Of a stretch of 46,024 nt of DNA, positions 27,059 through 34,559 are shown piece after piece; the stretch's first letter is position 1; each line of letters starts with the position of its first letter. Below the pieces are notes generated by a model. The model saw only the letters and a list, made by a program, of their open reading frames with translations, was not told the DNA's origin and did not search any database. This DNA is from a virus (lineage: Duplodnaviria > Caudoviricetes). The DNA is taken from positions 1 to 46,024 of the IMG/VR virus record IMGVR_UViG_3300032237_000164. One strand, written 5' to 3'. The translations under genes were made by a program, and so were the position numbers.

Positions 27059-28243
27059 ATGACTAAACTAACTGCGGAACAACGAGTCCAAAAGTCCCAT
27101 GTGGCTTTGATGAACGACCCTAAGTATTGCTTGTATTCGGGTATCTTCATGCTCGGTAAGACTGAGGTGGATGACGACTTGCCAACTGCTTGCACCGATG
27201 GTAGGAACACTTACTATGGTCGTAAGTTTGTAGACAAGCTAAAGGATAGCGACTTGAAGGGCTTGATACTTCATGAGAACCTACACAAGGCTTTCCGTCA
27301 TACAACTGTGTGGAAACATCTTTACAAACAAAACCCACAACTAGCAAACATGGCTTGCGATTATGTAATCAACTTAATGATTCATGATTCAGACCCGAGT
27401 GGAGAGTATGTATCTTTGCCCGAGGGCGGTTGCCTAGACGAGAAGTATCGTGGCATGGATGCGGGTGAGGTGTTTCGTTCACTTAAACAAGAGCAAGAAC
27501 AAGGAGGCGGTAATGGAAAAGGCGATGGTAGTGGCGAGGGCGAACAAGCGGGTGGGCAGGGCTTTGACGAGCATGATTGGGAGAGTGCCGATGAAATGTC
27601 AGAAGATGAGAAACAGACATTGGCAAGAGAAGTCGACCAAGCGTTAAGACAAGGCGCACTACTGGCTGGCAAGCTAAATGGGAATGTGCCTAGAGAAATC
27701 TCAGAGGCGATGGAAGCAAAGGTAAATTGGAAAGAAGTATTAGCCGACTTTGTGAACTCTATCTGCAACGACAAGGATAACTCTACATGGCGCAGACCAA
27801 GCCGTAGGTGGGTAGATCAAGGCGTCTATATGCCAAGCGCAATCGGCGAGGCGGTGGGTCGTATCGTAGTAGCGATAGACATGAGTGGAAGTATTGGAGC
27901 AAATGAAGTGGGTCAGTTCTTAGGTGAACTTCTATCTATCTGCAACCATGTGCAACCCGAAGGTATTGACCTGATGTATTGGGACACCGAGGTATGCCAA
28001 CATGAGAAGTATGAACGGGGTGACTTTGAAGCAATCATGTCATCTACTAAACCGATGGGCGGGGGTGGCACAACTGCAAGATGTATACCTCGTTACATCA
28101 AGCAACACAAGCTAAACCCTGAGTGTGTAATCGTGCTAACCGATGGCTACATCGACGGGTGGGGTGATTGGAAACATCCTGTGTTTTGGGGTATGACGAC
28201 TCATCAAGTAGCACCTGTTGGTATCAGCGTAAGAATTGACTAA
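27059..28243 (+). CDS. HExxH metallopeptidase-like + vWA protein (DUF2201-like)
   Basis: TACTDG, LHENLH, N.ACD.VIN, Gly-rich linker, DMSGS MIDAS, GGGT, LTDG. Confidence 0.85.
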   Translation: MTKLTAEQRVQKSHVALMNDPKYCLYSGIFMLGKTEVDDDLPTACTDGRNTYYGRKFVDKLKDSDLKGLILHENLHKAFRHTTVWKHLYKQNPQLANMACDYVINLMIHDSDPSGEYVSLPEGGCLDEKYRGMDAGEVFRSLKQEQEQGGGNGKGDGSGEGEQAGGQGFDEHDWESADEMSEDEKQTLAREVDQALRQGALLAGKLNGNVPREISEAMEAKVNWKEVLADFVNSICNDKDNSTWRRPSRRWVDQGVYMPSAIGEAVGRIVVAIDMSGSIGANEVGQFLGELLSICNHVQPEGIDLMYWDTEVCQHEKYERGDFEAIMSSTKPMGGGGTTARCIPRYIKQHKLNPECVIVLTDGYIDGWGDWKHPVFWGMTTHQVAPVGISVRID

Positions 28244-28254
28244 GGAGAAATGAA

Positions 28255-28458
28255 ATGGCACAGCCTAGAGATTTTGCAACACTAATGGTAAAGATAGATG
28301 CACGAAAGAAGTTTATAGAAGCAAAGAAGAAGATGGAGTCGCAGTTAGGGGTAACTCTAACGAACTCTAACGCACTAGATGTTATGTGCGACCAAATACT
28401 GTCAGACAGTATTACGTTATCAATGAAGTTAGTACCACTACAAGGAGAATCAAAATGA
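28255..28458 (+). CDS. small hypothetical protein
   Basis: TAAGGAG RBS; ATGA overlap with next gene. Confidence 0.65.
   Translation: MAQPRDFATLMVKIDARKKFIEAKKKMESQLGVTLTNSNALDVMCDQILSDSITLSMKLVPLQGESK
28397..28411. repeat. palindrome copy 11 (intragenic)
   Basis: TACTGTCAGACAGTA encodes ILSDSI. Confidence 0.95.
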
Positions 28459-29294
28459 TTGGAAGCAACGCTATGTTAGTCGACCTAAACATTTCGATGT
28501 GGACAGGTCGCAAGATGGACAAGAAGGTATCAGAGGAGATTGATGCAAGCAAGAGTACCAAGGCTCGGGCGGGTAACTATCATAAGAAGTTATTAGCAGG
28601 GTCAGACAAGTTAGAAAAGGTACAGAAGATTGCAACTGCGGTTCGCACTTGGAACTACCAACATACCCTACCATGGAGTGATGGTGGCTCACGCTTACTA
28701 CCTATGAAATCCTTTTTCGATTACAAGGCTACGCTAGGCAATTACGAGGCGCAGTATACACAGGCGGTGGATGACTTTCTTATAGAGTATCCGCAACTGG
28801 TTTCATCTTCTGCTTTCACGCTTGGCGATTTGTTTGACCGAGGGGAATATCCCGACGTTGAGGAATTGCGTAATAAGTTTAGATTTAAGTATGTGTTTTG
28901 TCCTGTACCTGATGCGGGGGATTTCAGAATAGATGTTGAGGAACAGGCTAAGTCTGAACTACAACAACAATACAAGGACTATTACGAGGGTAAGTTAGCT
29001 GATGCTATGAAGGATGCTTGGGATAGATTGCATGAAACCCTAACTCATCTAAGCGAACGCATGGACTACACAGATGAAAATAAAAAGAAGTTTTGGGATT
29101 CTACTATCACCAATGCTACCGACCTGTGTGGGTTACTTACTAGCCTTAACATTACCAACGACCCTAAATTGGAGCAAGCACGCCAACAACTTGAGAAGGC
29201 TTTGAGTGGCGTAGATGCGTCGGACATTCGTGAGAGCGAAGCGGTGCGTAGTTCGGTAAAGAGTAAGGTAGATCAAATTCTAAACATGTTTTAA
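28455..29294 (+). CDS. helical phage protein (DUF3150-like)
   Basis: WTGRKMD...TLPW...YPDVEELRNKF; follows AAA/vWA pair; start placed at ATG 28455. Confidence 0.6.
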   Translation: MIGSNAMLVDLNISMWTGRKMDKKVSEEIDASKSTKARAGNYHKKLLAGSDKLEKVQKIATAVRTWNYQHTLPWSDGGSRLLPMKSFFDYKATLGNYEAQYTQAVDDFLIEYPQLVSSSAFTLGDLFDRGEYPDVEELRNKFRFKYVFCPVPDAGDFRIDVEEQAKSELQQQYKDYYEGKLADAMKDAWDRLHETLTHLSERMDYTDENKKKFWDSTITNATDLCGLLTSLNITNDPKLEQARQQLEKALSGVDASDIRESEAVRSSVKSKVDQILNMF

Positions 29295-29303
29295 GGAGGA
29301 GTT

Positions 29304-29483
29304 ATGAAGATCGTTGTTTACTTTGAGAATGGTAGAGCTTCTGATGTGATGGCTCAGTTTGCTACTGAAGAAATGTATATGGCTTGCTTACCTGTGCTGG
29401 AAGAATTGGCGGGTAATGGTGGATACATAGTGACTGAATCAGTACGAGAAGACGAAGAAGTAACAGATGAGGAGGACGCATGA
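29304..29483 (+). CDS. small acidic protein (59 aa)
   Basis: Read by hand: MKIVVYFENGRASD...EDEEVTDEEDA; AGGAGG RBS. Confidence 0.65.
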   Translation: MKIVVYFENGRASDVMAQFATEEMYMACLPVLEELAGNGGYIVTESVREDEEVTDEEDA

Positions 29484-29650
29484 AGAAATGGAAAGGGTGG
29501 GTTATCAGAAAAGAATACTTCCTAGTCCATGTGGAAGCCGATACATGGGAAGAGGCTAGAGAGAAGATGTGGGAAGCAGAAATAGAAGACGAGCCAGTAG
29601 ATATTGACTGGGAAATCTATGATGTGGAGGAGGTGCAAGATGGGATATAG
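29480..29650 (+). CDS. small acidic protein (56 aa)
   Basis: Read by hand: MKKWKGWVIRKEYFLVHVEADTWEEA...; GAGGAGG RBS. Confidence 0.65.
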   Translation: MKKWKGWVIRKEYFLVHVEADTWEEAREKMWEAEIEDEPVDIDWEIYDVEEVQDGI

Positions 29651-30065
29651 AAGCCAAGTGGGGTTTTGTATTGAGTTTACAAAAGACCCCGAGGAGTTTA
29701 TTGCGTTGATGCGTGTAGATGGTCAAGATGTATTTAAAGACTTCATGCGGTTTATGTATGTGCAGAACTACGACGCTAAAACGGAAGACGATGCGGTAGG
29801 AGCAGTGCATTTCTATCACGACCATTGGAAGTGGTATGACGAGTCTAAAAACGGTTTTACAGATTTAATAAACATGGCAGAAGATTTTGATGAGAACTTT
29901 AAAGCTAAGTTTGTTCGTATAGGAGAGGAGTCAGATGATAACGAAGAAGAATGGTTTAACGATGACAACTACGAACTAGAGTATCCCTATATGGTGCGTA
30001 ATGTAGAGACAGGATTTAAATTAGATCAACTTAAACGAGTGGAGGAAGCAAATGTTACAGCTTAA
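29640..30065 (+). CDS. acidic hypothetical protein
   Basis: MGYRSQV...WKWY...FVRIGEESDD; GGAGG RBS. Confidence 0.7.
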   Translation: MGYRSQVGFCIEFTKDPEEFIALMRVDGQDVFKDFMRFMYVQNYDAKTEDDAVGAVHFYHDHWKWYDESKNGFTDLINMAEDFDENFKAKFVRIGEESDDNEEEWFNDDNYELEYPYMVRNVETGFKLDQLKRVEEANVTA

Positions 30066-30858
30066 CAATATAGATAAAACAAAAATGTCTGAACCTGTGG
30101 TTCAGTTCTTAGATGCGTTTGAATTGAAGCACGCTAAGATGCAATACTGTCTGACAGTATCCGCCGTTCAAAGCACAAGCCGAGAGGAGTTTTGGCAATT
30201 AAGATTCCACGACCAACGATTTGCTGATGACGATTCAATAGACCCTGTTGGTGTAGTCGAGTGGACATATGGTAGCCGTAGTGAGAGGGAGTATAAGGTT
30301 ACATCACGCAAGATTAGCAACGATAGGTTCGGGCATTGGGGTAACGAACATTCGTCTCGCCGTTCTAAAGATATAAAGAAGGCAATCAAGACTGCGATGG
30401 AAACCCTACAACCATACGAGTGGCATGAGTTATCTAACAAGGGTAGGCGGGATGCAGAGAGGGCGCATGAACAATGGGCAAGAGCAAGTGCAAGTGCTAC
30501 AAGCGTGTTTGGTATTGGACATGACAAGATGTACGAAGAAATTAAATACCTAGTATCCACAGGGGTTAAGTTCAAGACCGATGCTTTCAAAAATGCGGCA
30601 GCAGGAATAGAAGCCTATGAGGAGTTCCAACGCAAGCTGTCGATTAGGGCTAGATTCCATACCATTATCCAAAGACCTGACAAGCTAATCTATATCCCCG
30701 ATGGTCGTGCCCTAGAACCACAGGAATTCGGCGCACTTGAGGCGCTACCTGAGAACACCAGAAACGGTATCGCTCTTCTCAAACTTGTTGAGAAAGACAA
30801 GTTACTACCCGAGGTAGGTTATCGGGCTGGGGAAAACACCTACTTTATTCTTGTTTAA
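30052..30858 (+). CDS. hypothetical protein
   Basis: 268 aa; C-terminus (LPE..IALL..VG) resembles the next ORF. Confidence 0.75.
   Translation: MLQLNNIDKTKMSEPVVQFLDAFELKHAKMQYCLTVSAVQSTSREEFWQLRFHDQRFADDDSIDPVGVVEWTYGSRSEREYKVTSRKISNDRFGHWGNEHSSRRSKDIKKAIKTAMETLQPYEWHELSNKGRRDAERAHEQWARASASATSVFGIGHDKMYEEIKYLVSTGVKFKTDAFKNAAAGIEAYEEFQRKLSIRARFHTIIQRPDKLIYIPDGRALEPQEFGALEALPENTRNGIALLKLVEKDKLLPEVGYRAGENTYFILV
30145..30159. repeat. palindrome copy 12 (intragenic)
   Basis: TACTGTCTGACAGTA encodes YCLTV. Confidence 0.95.
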
Positions 30859-30863
30859 TTTAT

Positions 30864-30892
30864 TTGACAACCCCCGCACAAACCAATACAAT
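30864..30892 (+). promoter_or_regulatory. sigma70 promoter
   Basis: TTGACA-17 bp-TACAAT. Confidence 0.8.
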
Positions 30893-30924
30893 AATTATAT
30901 AAGTCTTAAAAATAAGGAGAAAGA

Positions 30925-31245
30925 GTGCGTGACCAAGCTGGCTTTGATAAAGCCATTACAGACCTGTTTGAAAAGTTCCATCATCAACCATCTACTATTC
31001 GAGTTCGTTTTCATGGTGTTAATCGGGTAACGATAGGTGGTGGCAGAAACTTTAGCGACCCCAAAACTATTGAATGTCATCGAGAGCAATTACCTAAAGA
31101 AGTATTAGATAGCGTAGCTTTACTTGATGTAGCTGGTAAGAAAGGCGAGATTACTGGGGTAGGCAGAAAGCTATGGGATGACACCTACTATGTGGATATG
31201 ACCCCTCATGCTTGGGATGAGTTTAAGAAAGAGATAGGAAGATGA
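30925..31245 (+). CDS. hypothetical protein
   Basis: TAAGGAG RBS, GTG start. Confidence 0.65.
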   Translation: MRDQAGFDKAITDLFEKFHHQPSTIRVRFHGVNRVTIGGGRNFSDPKTIECHREQLPKEVLDSVALLDVAGKKGEITGVGRKLWDDTYYVDMTPHAWDEFKKEIGR

Positions 31246-31445
31246 ACGAGAAAGACCTGAGGGATTGCTTTGCAATGTTTGCTTTGGTGGGAATAGTTAT
31301 TAGGGGAAACATCCTTAGTAATAAAGCCGACGACGCAAAAGAAGCTTGGGCAACGGCAGACCATATGCTCAAAACCCGTAACGCAGAACCCGAAGTAGAA
31401 GAAGGAATCGTGGCAGTTAAACCTAGAAAGAGGAGTGTGAAATGA
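31242..31445 (+). CDS. small phage protein
   Basis: LRDCFAMFAL...AWATADHML motif. Confidence 0.7.
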   Translation: MNEKDLRDCFAMFALVGIVIRGNILSNKADDAKEAWATADHMLKTRNAEPEVEEGIVAVKPRKRSVK

Positions 31446-31585
31446 AAAAGATGTTTATAGGAGTAGCGTTAGCCGTAGTTATATTAAGTTCTTATGGCGC
31501 AACCAAGTGCCAAGCTGATGGCAAGGGTGGTGTGTGCTGTTGGGATACTGACCGAGACGGAATCTTCAAACCTATTGGGTGCTAG
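31442..31585 (+). CDS. small secreted Cys-rich peptide (47 aa)
   Basis: Read by hand: MKKMFIGVALAVVILSSYGATKCQADGKGGVCCWDTDRDGIFKPIGC; GAGGAG RBS. Confidence 0.65.
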   Translation: MKKMFIGVALAVVILSSYGATKCQADGKGGVCCWDTDRDGIFKPIGC

Positions 31586-31936
31586 ATGACAACACCTGAG
31601 AAGAAAGTTAAAGACAAAGTTAAAAAGATATTGGAGGAACAGGGTGCTTACTATTTTATGCCCGCTACTGGCGGTTATGGTAAGTCAGGTGTGCCTGACA
31701 TTGTCGCTTGCTTACAAGGGAAGTTCATTGGTATCGAGTGCAAAGCTAACGGCAACAAGCCAACGGCACTACAAGAAAAGAACCTTAATGAAATCATGGG
31801 AGTAGGCGGGTTTGCAGTATTGATAGATGAAGGCGGTATGGATTTATTTAAAAATTTGTTGGAACAGTTAAAGCGTGACGACGTGCCAAGAAAAGCAGGA
31901 ATTTATTTTGATTTACTAACATCCTATAAGGAATAG
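31586..31936 (+). CDS. VRR-NUC-type nuclease/resolvase
   Basis: PEKKVK...GVPDI...IECKA...PTALQ. Confidence 0.85.
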   Translation: MTTPEKKVKDKVKKILEEQGAYYFMPATGGYGKSGVPDIVACLQGKFIGIECKANGNKPTALQEKNLNEIMGVGGFAVLIDEGGMDLFKNLLEQLKRDDVPRKAGIYFDLLTSYKE

Positions 31937-31940
31937 AAGC

Positions 31941-32171
31941 ATGATGAACGAAGAAAAAATTAGAGAGTTAATTAGTTTAGTTGATAAGACTTTTGCTGAA
32001 GCGGGGTGTGGTGTATTGGATGCGCTTAATGCAACATCTATTATGTCAACATCTTTAGCGCATAGCGTAGGACTTACGCAACAGGAATACATTAACAACC
32101 TTACCCATATGTTTGAACAAACAAATCCACAGCGCCAACCAGTAGTCCAAGAGGAGGATGAAAATGAGTGA
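31941..32171 (+). CDS. hypothetical protein
   Basis: RBS and operon packing. Confidence 0.6.
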   Translation: MMNEEKIRELISLVDKTFAEAGCGVLDALNATSIMSTSLAHSVGLTQQEYINNLTHMFEQTNPQRQPVVQEEDENE

Positions 32172-32349
32172 TGGCGGTAAGGGTGATGCCCCTCGACCTT
32201 TAGGTGTACCAGTAGAAGTATTTGACAAGAACTTTGAAACTATTTTTGGGATGAAGACTACTAAACCTCAACCACGAATAGAGCCTATCCCTTTTGCGGG
32301 AATGATAGATACAGGAGAAGACGATGGACTTGGGATTGACAGTAATTAA
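32158..32349 (+). CDS. hypothetical protein
   Basis: GGKGDAPRP...FDKNFETIFG. Confidence 0.65.
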   Translation: MKMSDGGKGDAPRPLGVPVEVFDKNFETIFGMKTTKPQPRIEPIPFAGMIDTGEDDGLGIDSN

Positions 32350-32515
32350 AGAACACGAAGATGGTTCAGCAGACGCAATCGTGCGGTTTGATAAAGAAAT
32401 GCTAGAAGTCTTAGTGCAAGAAGGTGTATTGCGGATTTTAGAAAGATATATTAAACAAGAGAAAAATACTAAAGAAGGAATTAAGTTACGTAAAAAGTTG
32501 GAGAAAAAGAAATGA
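32324..32515 (+). CDS. hypothetical protein
   Basis: KEHEDGSA motif; AGGAG RBS. Confidence 0.65.
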   Translation: MDLGLTVIKEHEDGSADAIVRFDKEMLEVLVQEGVLRILERYIKQEKNTKEGIKLRKKLEKKK

Positions 32516-32682
32516 TTGAAACTTTGATACCCCCGATGACGTTGGATAACGATGTTGCCGTTATGAAAATCATACATCTGCTAGGGCAGTTAAGTCCTAA
32601 AGATATTGGTTATGTATTGGCAGTAGTTAATCACGTTCATAGAACAGTAGCAGAAGTAGAAGACCTAGATGGAAGATGCTGA
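32512..32682 (+). CDS. small hypothetical protein (56 aa)
   Basis: Read by hand: MIETLIPPMTLDNDVAVMKIIHLLG...; ATGA overlap. Confidence 0.55.
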   Translation: MIETLIPPMTLDNDVAVMKIIHLLGQLSPKDIGYVLAVVNHVHRTVAEVEDLDGRC

Positions 32683-33170
32683 TGAGAATTGATTTAAGCG
32701 AAGGAGAACTTCACGTCTGTCGATATGTTGGGTTTTTAAGGCGCAGTGCTAACTTAAATAAAACTAAAGACCAGCAAGTTGGTAAGCAAGACCCATGGGA
32801 TATTGACATGGATGGTGTTGTTGGTGAGTTCTGTGTAGCTAAACTTATAAACGCTTGCCCTGACTTTAGTGTACACGCTAGGAGTGGTGGAGCAGATTTA
32901 ACTTTATCAAACGGTGCAACGATAGACGTTAAAACTACAAGACTTAAACAAGGTAACTTACTTGCCACGTTAAGCAAAAACAATGAACCATCTGACATTT
33001 ACATTTTAGCTATTGTAGATGATGGTGGGTGTGATGTAGAGGGTTGGGTATCCAAGGACAAGTTGTTTAAAGAAGAGAACGTAAAAAATCTTGGGCATGG
33101 AGCAACATATTTTTTATCTAAAGATAAACTAAACAAGAACATATTAGTTTTACGAAAAGGACAAGAATGA
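32676..33170 (+). CDS. putative PD-(D/E)XK-fold nuclease
   Basis: GE...GAD...IDVKT spacing. Confidence 0.5.
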   Translation: MLMRIDLSEGELHVCRYVGFLRRSANLNKTKDQQVGKQDPWDIDMDGVVGEFCVAKLINACPDFSVHARSGGADLTLSNGATIDVKTTRLKQGNLLATLSKNNEPSDIYILAIVDDGGCDVEGWVSKDKLFKEENVKNLGHGATYFLSKDKLNKNILVLRKGQE

Positions 33171-33454
33171 GCGAAATGACTGTACTAAAAGAAGCCCATG
33201 CCATTATCTATGGCGATAGGGAAAAGACTTACGGGCATCCTAGTAAAAACCTTAAGACTATTGCTACGATGTGGAACGCATACTTAAATGCTATGTCACC
33301 TGACGACCCTGAATTAAATGCTAAAGATGTTGCCGCTTTGATGATGCTTGTTAAAGTAGCTAGGTTTGCCAACGACCCAAGCCATAGGGATAACTTGGTA
33401 GATATTTGTGGGTATGCGGCTTTGGTAGAACGATGTGATGAGACGGGAACCTAA
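33167..33454 (+). CDS. DUF6378-like phage protein
   Basis: GDREKTYGHP...IATMW...KVAR...HRDNLVDICGYA. Confidence 0.75.
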   Translation: MSEMTVLKEAHAIIYGDREKTYGHPSKNLKTIATMWNAYLNAMSPDDPELNAKDVAALMMLVKVARFANDPSHRDNLVDICGYAALVERCDETGT

Positions 33455-33641
33455 ACGAGTTCGTTTGGCGGAAGTAATGCGCTATCTGCAAGGCAATCCA
33501 AAGACTACAAAAGAAATTGCAAAAGATATGCGGGTACATTACATTACTGCCCATAAATATTTGGTAGAGTTGTTGTCACAAGAACAAATAGAAATACACG
33601 AAACGTATACAAAACCAATTAGGTATAGGAAAAAGAAATGA
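33435..33641 (+). CDS. winged-helix DNA-binding protein
   Basis: PKTTKEIAKDMRVHYITAHKYLVEL. Confidence 0.6.
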   Translation: MMRREPKRVRLAEVMRYLQGNPKTTKEIAKDMRVHYITAHKYLVELLSQEQIEIHETYTKPIRYRKKK

Positions 33642-33931
33642 AGTTTGATACATTTGGTAAAGCAGTAGTTGCTATGCACGCTATTGGGATAGATACCCTA
33701 GACATAATGATTATTCATTTGATAAAGGTAGGTCAATGGACTACCGTTGGAGACTTAGTAACTGAGTGTTTAGATATTGCGTCACCAGCCACAGTCCATA
33801 ATCGCATCAAGCACAAGTTAGTTCCTCTAAAAATTTTACGGCTCGAAGAAAGCAAAGAAGATGGGCGGACTAAATACGTGCATCTTGGCGAGAAGTTTAA
33901 TAAAGTTGCCGACAAACTGGAGAAGCTATGA
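33638..33931 (+). CDS. MarR-like winged-helix protein
   Basis: SPATVHNRI...EDGRTKYV (DxR wing). Confidence 0.65.
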   Translation: MKFDTFGKAVVAMHAIGIDTLDIMIIHLIKVGQWTTVGDLVTECLDIASPATVHNRIKHKLVPLKILRLEESKEDGRTKYVHLGEKFNKVADKLEKL

Positions 33932-34368
33932 TGAACGAAGGTGTAAAGATTCTACTAGAACGGATAAAGACTAACCCTGAAGAGTTTACAGAAGGAAGCA
34001 AGTGGGGTCCCTTAATTCAGTCGCACAAGATGTTTTTAAATGAAGAAGATGCTAAAGCTCTTAACGATGCGCTTAACGGACTTATGCAGGAAAGGTTTAC
34101 TGAAAAGGTAATGAAAGAACTTCTTGCACCCGAGGAGGACAATAGCTTGGGAAAGCCTTGGTACACCAAGCAGGGGAACATTACGCTTTCGGGTGGCACG
34201 ACCCAAGGAGTATCTTCTAATAAGCTTACTTTAACAACTATCGGTGGCGGTGCTGGCAACACCCAACACCAAGAACAGGTAAAACATATGGAGGCGCACC
34301 TAAAAGCCTTACAAAAACAAAAGAAGCCACACAAAACCTTATTCGGAAAACTATTTAACTATTCATGA
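33928..34368 (+). CDS. hypothetical protein
   Basis: ATGA overlaps in operon. Confidence 0.65.
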   Translation: MMNEGVKILLERIKTNPEEFTEGSKWGPLIQSHKMFLNEEDAKALNDALNGLMQERFTEKVMKELLAPEEDNSLGKPWYTKQGNITLSGGTTQGVSSNKLTLTTIGGGAGNTQHQEQVKHMEAHLKALQKQKKPHKTLFGKLFNYS

Positions 34369-34559
34369 AAACTATACTCGTAAAACAAAACGGCAAGACA
34401 ATCAGACAATTTAATGTTTCTGATTTAGAGTTAAATTTAGCCAAAAAATTAGGACTAAGTAGTCAACAATATATAGTCGAAAGAACAAAAGTAGAACTAG
34501 ATAGCGCTAAAGAACTAACAATGGAAGACTTAAAAAGTGGTAACTGGAGATTTGATTGA
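34365..34559 (+). CDS. hypothetical protein
   Basis: LAKKLGLSSQQY resembles the scaffold C-terminal motif. Confidence 0.6.
   Translation: MKTILVKQNGKTIRQFNVSDLELNLAKKLGLSSQQYIVERTKVELDSAKELTMEDLKSGNWRFD

Noticed and set aside
21732-30159. Palindrome as a LexA SOS box
   Set aside because: Half-sites TACTGT/ACAGTA match, but the spacer is 3 bp (CTGT-N3-ACAG) rather than the required 8 bp
21732-30159. N4-type virion RNAP hairpin promoters
   Set aside because: The loop is not the GNA type, no vRNAP is visible in the window, and consensus sigma70 promoters already explain early transcription
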